Source: Isurus oxyrinchus (Eukaryota). Taken from it: a stretch of DNA of 64,000 nt. This document shows, one piece after another, positions 25,018-37,289 of this stretch. The translations under genes were made by a program, and so were the position numbers. The stretch is taken from contig JANJGN010000001.1 of the NCBI GenBank assembly GCA_026770705.1, positions 156,612,001 through 156,676,000 of the forward strand, written 5' to 3'. The notes beneath the pieces were generated by a model, which searched no databases, had not been told where the DNA came from, and worked only from the letters and a program-made list of their open reading frames with translations. The first letter of the stretch is position 1. The number at the start of each line of letters is the position of its first letter.

Positions 25018-26843
25018 CTCTTCTTTTGCAAATCACTTTAAATCTGTGGCCTCTTGTTCTTGATCCTTTTATGAGCAGGAACAGTTTTTCCCTATCTACT
25101 CTCTCTACCCCCCTCATGATTTTGAATACCTCTATCAAATCTCCTCTTAGCTTTCTCCTTTTCAAGGAAAGCAGTCCGAACCTCTTCAGTCTATCTTCAT
25201 AACCAAAGTTTCTCATCTCTGGAACCATTCTTGTAAACCTCTTCTGCACTCTTTCTAATGTGATCTCATCCTTCCTACAGTTTGGCGCCCGGGACTGTAC
25301 ACAATTCTCCAGCTGAGGTCTAACCAGTGTCTTATATAAGCTCAGCATAATTACCTTGCTCTTGTACTCTATGTCCCTATTATTAAAGCCCAGGATACTA
25401 TATGCTTTATTAAATGCTCTCTCCACCTGTCCTGCCACCTTCAATAATCTATGCACATATACACCCAGGTCTCTCTGATCCTGCACCCCCTATAGAATTG
25501 CACCCCTTATTTTATATTGTGTCTCCATGTTCTTCCTACCAAAATGCATCACCTCACACTTCTCTGCATTGAGCTTCACCTGCCACCTATTTTTCCAGTC
25601 CACCAACTTGCCTATATTCTTTTGATGTCCTATACTGTTCTCCTCACAGTTTACAATGCTTTCAGATTTCATATGATCCACAAACTTTGAAATTGTCCCC
25701 TGCACACCAAGATCTAGATCATTTATATACATCAGGAAAAGCAAGGTTCCCAATACTGACCCCTGGGGAACTCCGCTACAAACCTTCCTTCAGCCCGAAA
25801 AATATCCATTGACCATTACTCTCTTTGTCCTGTTACTTAGCCAATTTTGTATCCATGTTGTTACTGCCCTTTTTATTCCATGAGCTATAATTTTTCTCAC
25901 AAGTTTGTTCAATGGCATTGTATTGAAAGTCTTTTAAAAGTCAATGTACACCAATCAACAGCATTACCCTCATCGACCCCCTCTGTTACCTCTTCAAAAA
26001 ATGGCAGCATGTTCGTGAAATATGGTTTCCCCTTTAGAAATTCATCTTCCTAATCAACCCACATTTTTCCATGTGACTACTAACTCTATCCAGAATAATT
26101 GTTTCTAGGAACTTCCCCACCACTAAAGTTAAACTGGTCTGTAATTGCTGGGCTTATCCTCACAACCTTTTTTAAACACAGGTGTAATGTTTGCAATTCT
26201 CCAGTCTTCTGGCACCACCCCTAAGTCTAGGAAAGACTGAAAGATTATGGCCAATGCCCTGCAACTTCCATTCTCAATTCCTTTAGTATCCTTGGCTGCA
26301 TCTCATCTGGACCTGGTGCCTTGTCAATTTTAAGTACTAACAGTTTATCTAATACCTCCTCCTTATCAGTTTTGAACCCTTCTAGTGACAGAGCTTCCCC
26401 CTCTGTCACTGTAGCCTCGGTTGCATCTGCTTACTTGGTAAAGACAGATGCAAATTATTCATTTAACACCTCAGCCATGCTCCCTGCCTCCATGTGTAAA
26501 TCTCCTTTTTGGTCCCGAATTGGCCTTACTCTTCCTCTTACCACCCCCTCATTATTTGTGTGCTAATAGAAGACTTTGGTATTCTCCTTTATGTTGGTTT
26601 CCAGTCTTTTCTCATAACCCCTCTTTGTTTCTCTTATTTGCTTTTTCATCTCCCCTCTGAACCTTCTGTATCCCTCTTGGTTCTCAATTGTATTTTCTAT
26701 CCGGCACCTGTCAGCTACAGTTCTCCCCAACAATCTTTGGTTCCAGTCTATTCAGCCCAGCTCTGTTCTTGCCCCATTGAAGTTAGCTCTCTACCAGTTA
26801 ATTATTCTTTTTCTGGATTGCCCATTGTCCTTTCCTACCTTAT

Positions 26844-27478
26844 GGGCAGAATTTTCTGCTTATCAGGTGGGTGAGTGCCCGACCCGAATGAGTGTAAAAT
26901 GACACGCGATGACATCGGGCGAGCATCTCAACGTTATCGCGCGCACATGTGATATTTCGCTCGGCAGGCACATGTGGGATTGGCAGCGTCCCCGCCGACA
27001 ATTAAAAGGCCTATTAAGGTCATTAACAATCTAATTGAATTACATTTTTCGCTGTCCATCCTTACGGTTGGCGGGCAGGTGAAAAGGCTAAGCAGGTGGG
27101 CGGGATGAGGTTTCGATCCATCATTAAAAAAAAAACATATAAAAAATAAAACATTTTCATACTAATTTCTAACAGGTCCCAGCTCATGTGACAGAGTCAC
27201 ATGAGGGGACATGTTTTTTAACATGTTAAAAAGCTTTATTTTTAATCTTTTATATTCCCATCTCCCTGATGCAGCTCTGTGCCTTAGGGAGCTTTTCCTG
27301 CACACACTTGCTCATAGGCCTTTCAATTATTGGAGGGTGTGTAGCTGACTCCAGCACGCGCCCGCCGAACGAAATATTGTGACGATGCATGGTGACGTTG
27401 GGACGCATGCCTGATGTCATCACGTGTCATTTTACCTTCCAGTGTGTTGGCTGCACACCGAAGGTAAAATTCTGGCCC
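26844..27478. mobile_element. Harbinger-like MITE nested in CR1
   Basis: TIRs gggcagaatttt / aaaattctggccc; subterminal inverted repeats of >100 bp. Confidence 0.85.
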
Positions 27479-27788
27479 TCATTTCCAAGAACCAGGTCCA
27501 ATAATGCATTCTTTCTTGTTGGACTGGACACATACTGCTGTGGAAAATTCTCCTGAACACAATCTAGGAATTCTTGCCCCTCTCTGTCCTTTACACCACC
27601 ACTGTCCCAGTCCACATTTGGATAATTAAAGTCCCCCATTATGACTGCTCTATTATGTCTGCATATCCCTGTAATTTCCCTGCAGATTTGTTCCTCTACA
27701 TCCTTCTCACTATTTGGCGGTCTATAGACTATACCGAGCAATGTAATTGCACCCTTTTTGTTCCTTAGCTCTGGCCAAATTGATTCTG

Positions 27789-27880
27789 AAATTTGCCAGA
27801 CCTGCTGAGTTTTTTCAGGTATTTCTGTTTTTGTTTTGGATTTCCAGCATCCACAGTTTTTTGTTTTTATTTTTGTTTTT
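27789..27880. mobile_element. Penelope-derived short insertion with 12-bp TSD
   Basis: Flanked by aaattgattctg at 27777-27788 and 27881-27892; body tgccagacctgctgagttttt..ccagcatcc. Confidence 0.8.
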
Positions 27881-28739
27881 AAATTGATTCTGTCCTTGAA
27901 CCCTCTGGAACATCCTCTTTCTCCAGCACCGAATGCTCTCCTTAACCAAAAATGCTATCCCTCCTCCTTTCCTATCCTTTCTGAACACCTTGCACCCAGG
28001 AATATTTAACACCCAGTTCTGCCCTTCCTTGAGCCTGGCCTCTGTTATTGCCACAACATCATATTTCCACAAGGCAATCTGAGCCCGTAACTCCCCAATC
28101 TTATTTACTACACTCCGTATATTCACAATGCATTGTAACACTGATTTAGATTTTGTTACTTTCTCTCTTACTCTGACTTTACCTATTAACTTACTATTCT
28201 TTATACTAGTGCTATCTATCTCTCCCAGTATTCTTTGCACCCTGGTATTCCTCACTAATATTGTCTCCCTGCTGTGTTAGTTTAAAGCCCTCCCAACAGC
28301 AGTAGCAAAATGCCCCGCAAGGAACTCAGTTCTGGCTCTGTTCAGGTGCAACCCATCTGGCTTGTACAGGTGCCACCTCCCCCAAAGCCAGCCTCAGTAT
28401 TCCAGGTGTATAAAGCCCTCCGTCCTGCATCATCTTTCCAGCCACATATTCAGCTGCCTTATCCTCCTATTCTGTACTCACTTGCACCTGGCACTGGAAG
28501 TAATCTAGAGATCACTACATTTGAGGCTCTGCTTACTAATTTTTGACCTAGCTCCCTAAATTCTGATTGTAGGGCCACATCCCCCCTTCCTACCTAAGTC
28601 ATTGGTACCAATATGGACCATGACTCCTGGCTGTTCACCATTCCCTGGAAGAATGTCCTGTAGCTGCTCGGTGACATCCTTGACCCTGGCACCAGGGAGG
28701 TAACACACCATCCTGGAGTCACATGTATGACCACAGAAA

Positions 28740-28845
28740 CTTGGGGAATTTGAAAGTGTTGGTGTTTCCATGCATCTGCTGCCCATGTCCTTCTAGGTGG
28801 TGGAGGTTGCAGGTTTGGAAGGTGCTGCTGAGGAGCCTTGCTAGC
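28740..28845 (-). mobile_element. Small 3'-region fragment of the single-ORF LINE
   Basis: catctgctgcccatgtccttctaggtgg..gtttggaaggtgctg matches the reverse complement of 5030-5110. Confidence 0.7.
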
Positions 28846-29416
28846 TTTCTTATTTCATTACATATTTTTAAATTCAATTCAATTGCACTGTTACTTCTCA
28901 ATGGTGCCATATTTTACTTTATTAAGTGGTTGACTTTTTCTTCATCACTGCATCCCAGTGCCCCCTGCACACCCAGTGAAATGTCCCTTGTTTTTCCCCA
29001 GGGTTGGTGACCCAGGTGGAGTCAGCACATTGGAGGCACTGGAGAATGATCAGAAGGAAGGGGTAACATGCCAGCTGAAATGGAGTGGGTGAGGGAAGTT
29101 CTTGGGAAAAATTTTGAAAATAAGCAGTGAGATTTGTTTATTTTTTTCATCTTAACGTGAAGGAAGTTGCACTGATATCCTCCTAATCGCTTTGATGTCT
29201 AATGATTACACTTAATGCTGATAATGCCAAATTATCACATCCTGGCACAAATGATCACTTCCACAAATTTAACAAGCTGTGATGGCTTTTGATGAGTGAA
29301 TTATCTGGTCATTAGAACATTGCTGTTTGGAGGAGCTTGCTGTGTGAAAATTGGCTGCCGCATTTCCTACATGAAAACTGTGACAACACTTCAAAACAAC
29401 TTTATTGGCTGTAAAG

Positions 29417-30131
29417 AATGCTTCAGTGCAGAGGGATCTGGGTGTCCTCGTGCATGAATTGCTGAAGGTAATAAGGAAGACAAATGGAATTTTGGCATTT
29501 ATTGCTAAAGGAATAGAGTATAAAAATAGGGAAGTGTTGTTGCAACTGTATAAGGCATTGGTGAGACCGCACCTGGAGTACTGTGCACAGTTTTGGTCCC
29601 CTTACTTGAGGAAGGATTTAGTTGCACTGAAGCTGGTTCAGAGGAGGTTCACTGAATTGATTCCAGAGATGTGGGGCTTGTCTTATGAGGAGAGATTGAG
29701 CAGTTTAGGCCTATACTCGCTAGAGTTTAGAAGGATGAGAGGAGATCTAATTGAGGTATATAAGATGCTAAAGGGGATAGACAAAGTAGACATGGAGCAG
29801 ATGTTTCCCCTTCTGGAGCATTCTAGAATGAGAGGCCATAGTTTTAGGCTAAGGGATGGTAGACTTAAATCAGAGATGAGGAGGAATTACTTTTCTCAAA
29901 GGGTTGTGAATCTGTGGAATTCACTACCTCAGAGTGCAGTGGATGCCGGGACGCTGAATAAATTTAAGGAGGAAATAGACAGATTTTTAGTTAGTAATGG
30001 GTTGAAAGGTTATAGGGAGAGGGCAGGAAATTGGAGTTGAGGCCGAAATGAGATCAGCCATGATCATAATGAATGGCGTTGCAGGTTTGAGGGGATGAAT
30101 TGCCTACTCCTGCTCCTAGTTCTTATGTTCT
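29417..30131 (+). mobile_element. Relatively young 5'-truncated CR1/HER1
   Basis: Uninterrupted 211-aa ORF (QRDLGV..RPHLEYC..WNSLP); 3' tail tcttatgttct; TAAAG duplicated at both ends. Confidence 0.95.
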
Positions 30132-30183
30132 TAAAGCACTTTGAGATGTCTAATGGTAGTGAAAAATGCTCTCTAAATCCAAG

Positions 30184-30855
30184 GGGATAATTTTCTCCCT
30201 GTCGTGCAGGCTGTGCGGGAGTGGGTGCGCAGCTGATTGCCACCCGCGGTCGGCTGCATGCCACCATTTTATGTGGGCGGGCCAATTAAGGCCCACCCAG
30301 CGTGGCACGCACCCAGAAACACTCAGTGCTCCCTGTGTTGCGGGGGGAGGAAGGAGATTCAGGGCCTGCGCTCTTCCACACATATGCACGGAAGTGCGCA
30401 GAAATCTCCCTGAGGCACGGAGCTGCCTCATAAAGATTATTTTCATCATAAAAATTATTTTCATTATGAAAACTTGTAAAAAAGAATAGAAAAGATTATT
30501 CAGACATGCCCCCTCATGTGACAGTGCCACATGAGCTGGGACATATCAATGAATTTTAATAAAAAATTTTATTTGATTTATAAATCCTTCATGAAACCTC
30601 ATCCCACCTGTGGATGAGGTTTAAATACGAAGGCCGTCTGGGCTTTTTGCCTGTCCGCCAACCTTAATTAGTTTAATTAGCTGTTAAATGGCCTTAGCAG
30701 ACCTTTGACAGTTCAGCAGGTGCGCAGCCGACTCCGGTGTGCGCCCCCCAAACTGAAGATCAGAATGGTGCACAGTGATGTCAGGTTGCACGCCTGACGT
30801 CACTGCATGTTATTTTATGTGTCAGTGAGTGGAGCCTGCCAGAAGATTCAAGCCC
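30184..30855 (+). mobile_element. Harbinger-like MITE with 3-bp TSD
   Basis: gggataatttt ... gattcaagccc flanked by AAG on both sides. Confidence 0.85.
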
Positions 30856-30952
30856 AAGTCTTTCTCTTTTTTGCTGGTGCGTAATGAACCCACATTATCT
30901 GATGTGCCTGAAAAAGATCCCAGGTACCATCAAAGTGCTAGGGCCTTGACCT

Positions 30953-32101
30953 TGGCTGAAATTTTCCATCCCTGTTGGTGTTGTGCGTCTTGGCGGGCAT
31001 ATGCAGACAATCTGACAAGAAGGCCAAAAATCAGTTTTGCGCCGTCATGAATCCAGTTTGTGTTTATCCGCTGCACCCGTCAATAATGGCCGCCTTTCCC
31101 ACCACTGCACATTGGGAATGTCATTTTAATACATCTGCATCTAATTATTAGCCCTGCTTGCCGGAATCGTCCCCCATGTCAAATTTACCACCCATGTCGT
31201 TGGGAAAACATGCCGGCCAAGAACACGTCTTGACAAGTGTGACATCCAGAAGTCAAGACTCTCCATTCGGGTCTTGCTCACATCGCAGGCATCGGAGGAG
31301 CAGAAGATGCTGGAGCCCGATAGCAACTGGAGCCTGGAGGAACATATGCATTCTGTGCTGGGTGGATTTTTATGGAGATGGCTCTGCTGTGAAGCAGCTC
31401 ACGGAAGGTAGGAGGTCTCCATTGATGCCTGTGGTCTTCTTCAGGACATCAGGATCTTGGCCATGGTCTGCTACAGATGATTGTCGAGGGGTGGGGGAAA
31501 GGAAGGTCCAGCTGTGAGTGGGAGAGGAAAGTGTACTAGAGGGTGGGGTGGGAGAGGAAGCTCTAGGTTTGACTGGGAGAGGAAGGTGTACCGGGGATGC
31601 AGTGGGATGGGGGTGCGTGGGCAGGGTGAGGTTGCGGTGGGGGAATGAAGATGTCGAGGTGCCATGAGGTTCGGAGGGGGGAGGGAGTACTGGAAGAGAA
31701 GGATGTAATGGAGAAAATGGCAACTGAAGAGGTAGGTCTAAGTGGGGGCGATGGTGTAAGGGATGGTATTTGAAGGGGGGAAGGAGCTTGGAGGGGGGAA
31801 GGAGCCCAGAGCGGGCAGCATGTTTCCTCCCTTTGGCACCCAGCAGTTTCCTATCTCTTGAAGCGTGCTAGCTCTTTGTAGGGTTGACCTTTAAGTATGG
31901 TGCCCAGTTTATTGAAGTCATGAGGTGAGAGCTCGCCCCGGCAGTGACCTGGTGTGCTTCCCGGGAATGGATTATTAATAAGATTGGATGAGTCGGAAGT
32001 GGGACGATATGACATGAAAAGTCACCATTGTAGCTGGCAGGTACAACATCCTTTATCCCACCTACTACTGCACTTAGTGAAAATCTGGGATGATTCCACC
32101 C
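30953..32101 (-). mobile_element. Internally deleted relative of the Myb-carrying Harbinger at 50093-54507
   Basis: 30953-31500 matches the reverse complement of ~53960-54507 (parallel ORFs ..RRSRRCWSP.ATG.WRN.CI.CWVD); 31900-32101 matches the reverse complement of 50093-50345. Confidence 0.85.
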
Positions 32102-32174
32102 ATTATATTAAAATTTAATAATTGAAACCTCTGTTGATTGTATTCACTCTCGCATCCATCTGGTAATTATAATA

Positions 32175-32440
32175 TTATTACTCTTTTGAAAGTTACTGTT
32201 GAATCAACTTCCATTACCGCTTCAGGTAGTGCATTTCACATCATAACAACTAGCTGTGTAATTATTCCTCATCTCTTTTCTGGTTTTTTGCCAATTGTTT
32301 TAAATTTGTATCCTCTGTTTCCATTGGCAAAAAGGTTTGTAAACAGTTTCTCTGTATTCACTCTATGAGTTTGAAAAGCTCTATTAAATCTCCCCTTAAT
32401 CTGCTCTGCTCTAATGAGAACAATCCTAGCTTCCTTGAAA
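32175..32440 (-). mobile_element. Old CR1 3' fragment
   Basis: attaaatctccccttaatctgctctg (RGDLI antisense) and adjacent CR1 C-terminal sequence. Confidence 0.6.
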
Positions 32441-33372
32441 AATTTCCACCTCTTGTCTTAGTTTCAAATTATAGGCATATGCAAATCCAGCAACCAAGGT
32501 CATTATGGTTAAAGCTGAAGAGTTAATTCAATGACACAATATTTTAAAAGACCCCGTTTAAAGGCATTTGCCATTTTTCTTGTGGGGGGGTGGGGTGGGC
32601 GTGGGTGGGGACGGTGAAAAAAATGAATTCTTGAGAGGTTCATTGGTTTGTAACAAGTAATGTGATGTCATTTCATCAAGTTGGGGAGTTTTTGTAATGC
32701 AAGTGACATTTTCTCAATAAATTATACTGCTGCACTGAAGAAATATTCATAAATGGAGCTATAAAACCCTGTCTGCAATTTTATCAGACAGATGATGGTC
32801 CTTTATGCTAAAGTTGTTTTGGTGGAAAATTGACATTTTTACATGGATTGTGCTCTGGTGTGAGATTAAATTGCATTGTTGAGTTTTGCTGTGATGTAAT
32901 GCAGTGCAGCAATAACATGAAGTGTAAATCAGCTGTCAAGGTGGTCGACAATACAATGTCTGACAAGTTGCTCTTTGCAATGGATAGTACGGTGATTGCT
33001 GAACACCTGCTTCCGGATTTCCAGCATTCTCTCCAGCATAATTTTTGTTTTGGCAATGGAGAAATATAAATAAAAATGTTTGGCCTGGATTTTTCAGTAT
33101 TAATGACAACAAAACTGTTAGCTTTCACCATCATTACTCCACTGAAAATGACAGGAGTCCACACATGCACAGTGTAATGTGGAAATCCAAAAGTTGATGT
33201 CAGTGATTTATCATAGGTTGTGCTGTTGTAGACATTCCTCTCCCACCCACATACTGCAATCAAGTAGAAATCACTAAACAGGAAAGAACTTGCCAGTTTT
33301 TATGCTATTAGTCTGACCTTAAATATGCTTGATAAGGTTAGACTTTATTGTTTGGAGTTATAATATTTTTTA

Positions 33373-33516
33373 GAATGCGAACGCAGTTCCCTACTACCAC
33401 AATTTTTGCAGTCGGGTATCCTGCATTTGGGGACATCGCAGGAGTCAGCATACCGAAAATGCAATGGGCTAGCCTCATCTTGGAAGAACCACCTTCATGA
33501 TCATGGTCTCTCCCCT
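33373..33516 (-). pseudogene. RNU1: U1 snRNA pseudogene (retrocopy), truncated at both ends
   Basis: Reverse complement aggggagagaccatgatcatgaaggtggttcttccaagatgaggctagcccattgca..tgctgactcctgcgatgtccccaaatg..cgactgcaaaaattgtggtagtagggaactgcgttcgc aligns with vertebrate U1 from about nt 14 to 157; followed by A6. Confidence 0.93.
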
Positions 33517-33664
33517 AAGTTCATAATTACTCCTGAACAGCCTCACTGGTCCTGAATAACTAATTTTATATTTGTGCAATTTGAATTTCACCTTATGATA
33601 AGAAATTGCAAATATTTACAAAAAATTAAAAAGGTTTATTTATGATGCCTGGATTTTCCTGTCA

Positions 33665-33930
33665 GGATGAAGCAGTGGGAACATCACCACCTGTAGTTTC
33701 CTTTCCAAGTCACTTATCATCCTGATTTGGAACTATATCACTCTTCCTTCATAGCTGCTGGGTTAAAGTCCTGGAATTCCTTCCCTAACATCACTGTGGG
33801 AGTACCTAGCTCATGGACTGCAGTGGTTCAAGAAGGTAGCTCACCATCACCCTCTCATGGGCAGTTAGGGATGGGTAATTGACATTGGTCTTACCAGCAA
33901 TGTCTACATCACAAGGATGAATTTAAACAA
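33665..33930 (+). mobile_element. 3' fragment of the single-ORF LINE
   Basis: catggactgcagtggttcaagaagg..gggcagttagggatggg. Confidence 0.85.
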
Positions 33931-34065
33931 TGTATTACCTACATTGGGAGTTTTATTTCATTATTCAGTGACACAGGTCTGCTTCTGGTGTGAAGTGTAA
34001 TGTAACTGAAATTCTGTCAGCCAGGACCAAGTTGGCCTTTTCTAGACTTAAACTACCATCGGATA

Positions 34066-37000
34066 GGGGAGGCGATGGAGTAGTAGTATTGTCACTGGAC
34101 TAGTAATCCAGAGACCCAGGATAATGCTCTGGGTACTAGGGTTCAAATCCCACCACGGCAGATGGTGGAATTTGAATTCAATAAAAACCTGGAATTAAAA
34201 GTCCAATGATGACCATGAAACCATTGTCAATTCATCTGGTTCACTAATGTCCTTTAGGGAAGGAAATCTGTCATCCTTACCTGGTCTAGCCTACAGTGGC
34301 CAGAAAAATACCCTCTGAAATGGCCTAGCAAGCCACTCAGTTGTAACAAAGTGCTATAAAGACAGAAAAAAAATGAAACTGGACAGACTACCTGGCATCG
34401 ATCTAGGCACCCAATCGGCAATCTCAGCCCTGTCAACCTTGCTAAGTCCTCCTCACTAACATCTGGGGCTAGTGCCAAAATTGGGAGAACTGCCTCACAG
34501 ACTAGTCAAACAACAGCCTGACATCATCATACTCACAGAATTAGTGGAGTCTAATGTCTCAGACTCCACTACCATCCCTGGCTATGTCTTTCAGCAGGAC
34601 AGATTCTGCAGAGGTGGCAGCACAGTGGTATACAATCGAGAGGGAGTTGCCCTGGGAGTTCTCAATATTGACTCTGGGCCTCATGAAGTCTGATGGCATC
34701 AGGTCAAACATAGGCAAGGAAACGTCTTGCTGATTACCACATACTGCCCTCCCTTAGATGATGAATCAATGCTCCACCATGTTGAACATCACTTGGAGGA
34801 AGCACTGAGGGTGGCAAGAGTGCAGAATGTTCTCTGGGAGGAGGACTTCAATGCCCATCACCAAGAGTGGCTCAGTAGCACTACCATCGACCAAGCTGGC
34901 TGAGTCCTAAATGACATAGCTGCTAGACTGGGGCTGCGACAGCTGGTGAGGGAACCAACAAGAGGGAAAAATGTACTCGACCTCATCCTTACCAACCTGC
35001 CTGCTGCAGACGCATCTGCCCATGCCAGTACCAGTAAGGGTGACCATCGCACCGTCGTTGTGGAGATGAAGTCTTGCCTTCACGTTGAGGATAACCTCCA
35101 TCATGTTATGTGGCACTATTACCATGCTAATTGGGATAGATTTTGAACAGATCTAGCAACTCAAGACTGGGCATCGATGAGACACTGTGGGTTATCAGCA
35201 GCAGCAGAATTGTACTCAAACACAATCTCTAACCTCATGGCCCAGCATACCCCCCACACTACCATTACCATCAATCCAGGGATCAACCCTGGTTCAATGA
35301 AGAGTGCAGGAGGGCATGCCAGGAGCAGCATCAGGCATACATAAAAATGAGGTGTAAACCTGGTGAAGTTATAATGCAGGACTACTTGCATGCAAAACAG
35401 CATTAGCAGCAAGTGATAGACAGAGCTAAGCAATTCCACAACCAACAGATCAGATCGAAGCTCTGCAGTCCTGCCACATCTAGTCATGAATGGTAGTGAA
35501 CAATTAAACAACTCACTGGAGGAGGTGGCTCCACAAATAACCCCATCCTCAATGATGGAGGAGCCCAGCACAACAGTGCAAAAGATAAGGCTGAAGCATT
35601 TGCGACAATCTTCAGCCAGAATTGCCAAGTGGATGATTCATCTCGGCCTCCTCTGGAGGTCCCCGGCATCATAGATGCCATTTTCAGCCAATTCAATTCA
35701 CTCCACGTGGTATCAAAAAACAGCTGAAGGCACTGGATAGTGCAAAGGCTATGGGCCCTGGCAACATTCTGGCAATAGTACTGCAGACTTATGCTCCAAA
35801 ACTTGCTGTGCCCCTAGCCAAGCTGTTCCAGTACAGCCACAACACTGACATCTACCCGGCTATGTGGAAAATTGCCCAGGCATGTCCTGTACACAAAAAC
35901 CAGGACAAATCCAACCCGGCCAATTACCGCCCCATCAGTCTACTCTCCATCATCAGTAAAGTGATGGAAGGGGTCATCAACAGTGCTATCAAGCAGCATT
36001 TGCTTAGCAATAACCTGCTCACTGATGCCCAGTTTGGGTTCTGCCAGGGCCACTCATCTCCTGACTTCATTGCAGCCTTGGTTCAAACATGGTCAAAAGA
36101 GCTGAACTCCCAAGGTGAAGTGAGAGTGACTGCCCTTAACACCAAGGCAGCATTTGATCGAGTGTGGCATCAAGGAGCCCTTGTAAAACTGGAGTCAATG
36201 GGAATCAGGGGGAAAACTCTGCATTGGTTGGAGTCATACATAGCACAAAGGAAGATGGCTGTGGTTGTTGGAGGTCAGTCATCTCAGCTCCAGGACATCA
36301 CTGCAGGAGTTCCTCAGGGCAGTGTCCTAGGTCCAACCATCTTCAGCTGCTTCATCAATGATGTTCCTTCCATCATAAAGTCAGAAGTGGGGATATTTGC
36401 TGATGATTGCACAATATTCACCACCATTTGTGACTCCTCAGATACTGAAGTAGCCCATGTTCAAATGCAACAAGACGTGGACAATATCCAGGCTTGGGCT
36501 GACAAGTGGCAAGTAACATTCATGCCACATAAGTGTCAGAGAATGACCCTCTCCAACAAGAGAGAATCCAACTATTGCCCCATGATGTTTAATGGCATTA
36601 CCATCACTGAACCCCACTATCAACATCCTGGGGGTTACTGTTGACCAGAAACTGAACTAGACTAGCCATATAAATTCCATGGCTATAAGAGCAGGCCAGA
36701 GGCTAGGAATCCTGCAACGAGTAACTCACCTCCTGACGCCCCAAAGCCTGTCCACCATCCACAAGGTACAAGCCAGGAGTGTGATGGAATACTCCCCACT
36801 TACCCGGATGAGTGCAGCTCCTACAACACTGAAGAAGCTGGACACCATCCAGGACAATGTAGTTCGCTTGATTGGCACCATATCCACAAACATTCACTCC
36901 CTCCACAACTGACACATAGTAGCAGCAGTGTGTACCATCTACAAGATGCACTGCAGGAATTCACCAAGGCTTCTTAGACAGCACTTTCCAAACCCACGAC

Positions 37001-37289
37001 CACCATCTAGAAGGACAAGGGCAGCAGATAGATGGGAACACCACCACCTGAACGTTCCCCTCCAAGTCACTCATTATTCTGACTTGAAAATAAATCACCA
37101 TTCCTTCACTCTCGCTGGGTCAAACTCCTGGACGTCCCTTCCTAACAACACTGTGGATGTACCTACACCACATGGACTGCAACGGTTCAAGAAGACAGCT
37201 CACCACCACTTTCTGAGGGGCAATGAGGAATGGTCAATAAATGCTGGCCCAGCCAACGAAGCCCATATCCCGTGAATGAATAAAAGAAA
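34066..37289 (+). mobile_element. Full-length uninterrupted single-ORF LINE with tRNA-derived head (copy 2, best preserved)
   Basis: Head with A-box-like TGGAGTAGTAG, arm CTGGA-CTAGTAA-TCCAG, B box GGTTCAAATCC (34140). APE from ~34445 (TNIWGLVPKLGEL). 297-aa RT ORF 35751-36644 (YRPISLL, AFDRVWH, GVPQGSVLGP, IFADD). Ends gaatgaataaaag. Confidence 0.95.

Larger units (their letters stand above)
25018..28735 (-). mobile_element. Long decayed CR1 (ORF1 SGNH-esterase part, APE, RT), 3' end missing
   Basis: ORF1-like VCYLPGARVKDV..VHIGTND (28556-28786); APE VNIRSV..AITE, VYRPPN..MGDFNYP..LDLVL; RT LVRPQLENCVQ, RGDLIEVFKI. Confidence 0.92.
29298..30870 (+). mobile_element. Deu-SINE/L2-tail relic split by a CR1 and a MITE
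   Basis: attatctggtcatt..ttgctgtttgg..ttggctgccgcatttcctac..ggctgtaaag | aaagcactttg..aaatccaag | aagtctttc. Confidence 0.7.

Noticed and set aside
34050-34065. TSD around the full-length LINE copy 2
   Set aside because: Flanks share only a few bases (ggat vs ggac); not convincing.
34066-34160. Functional tRNA gene
   Set aside because: No proper acceptor stem; it is the head of a retroelement.
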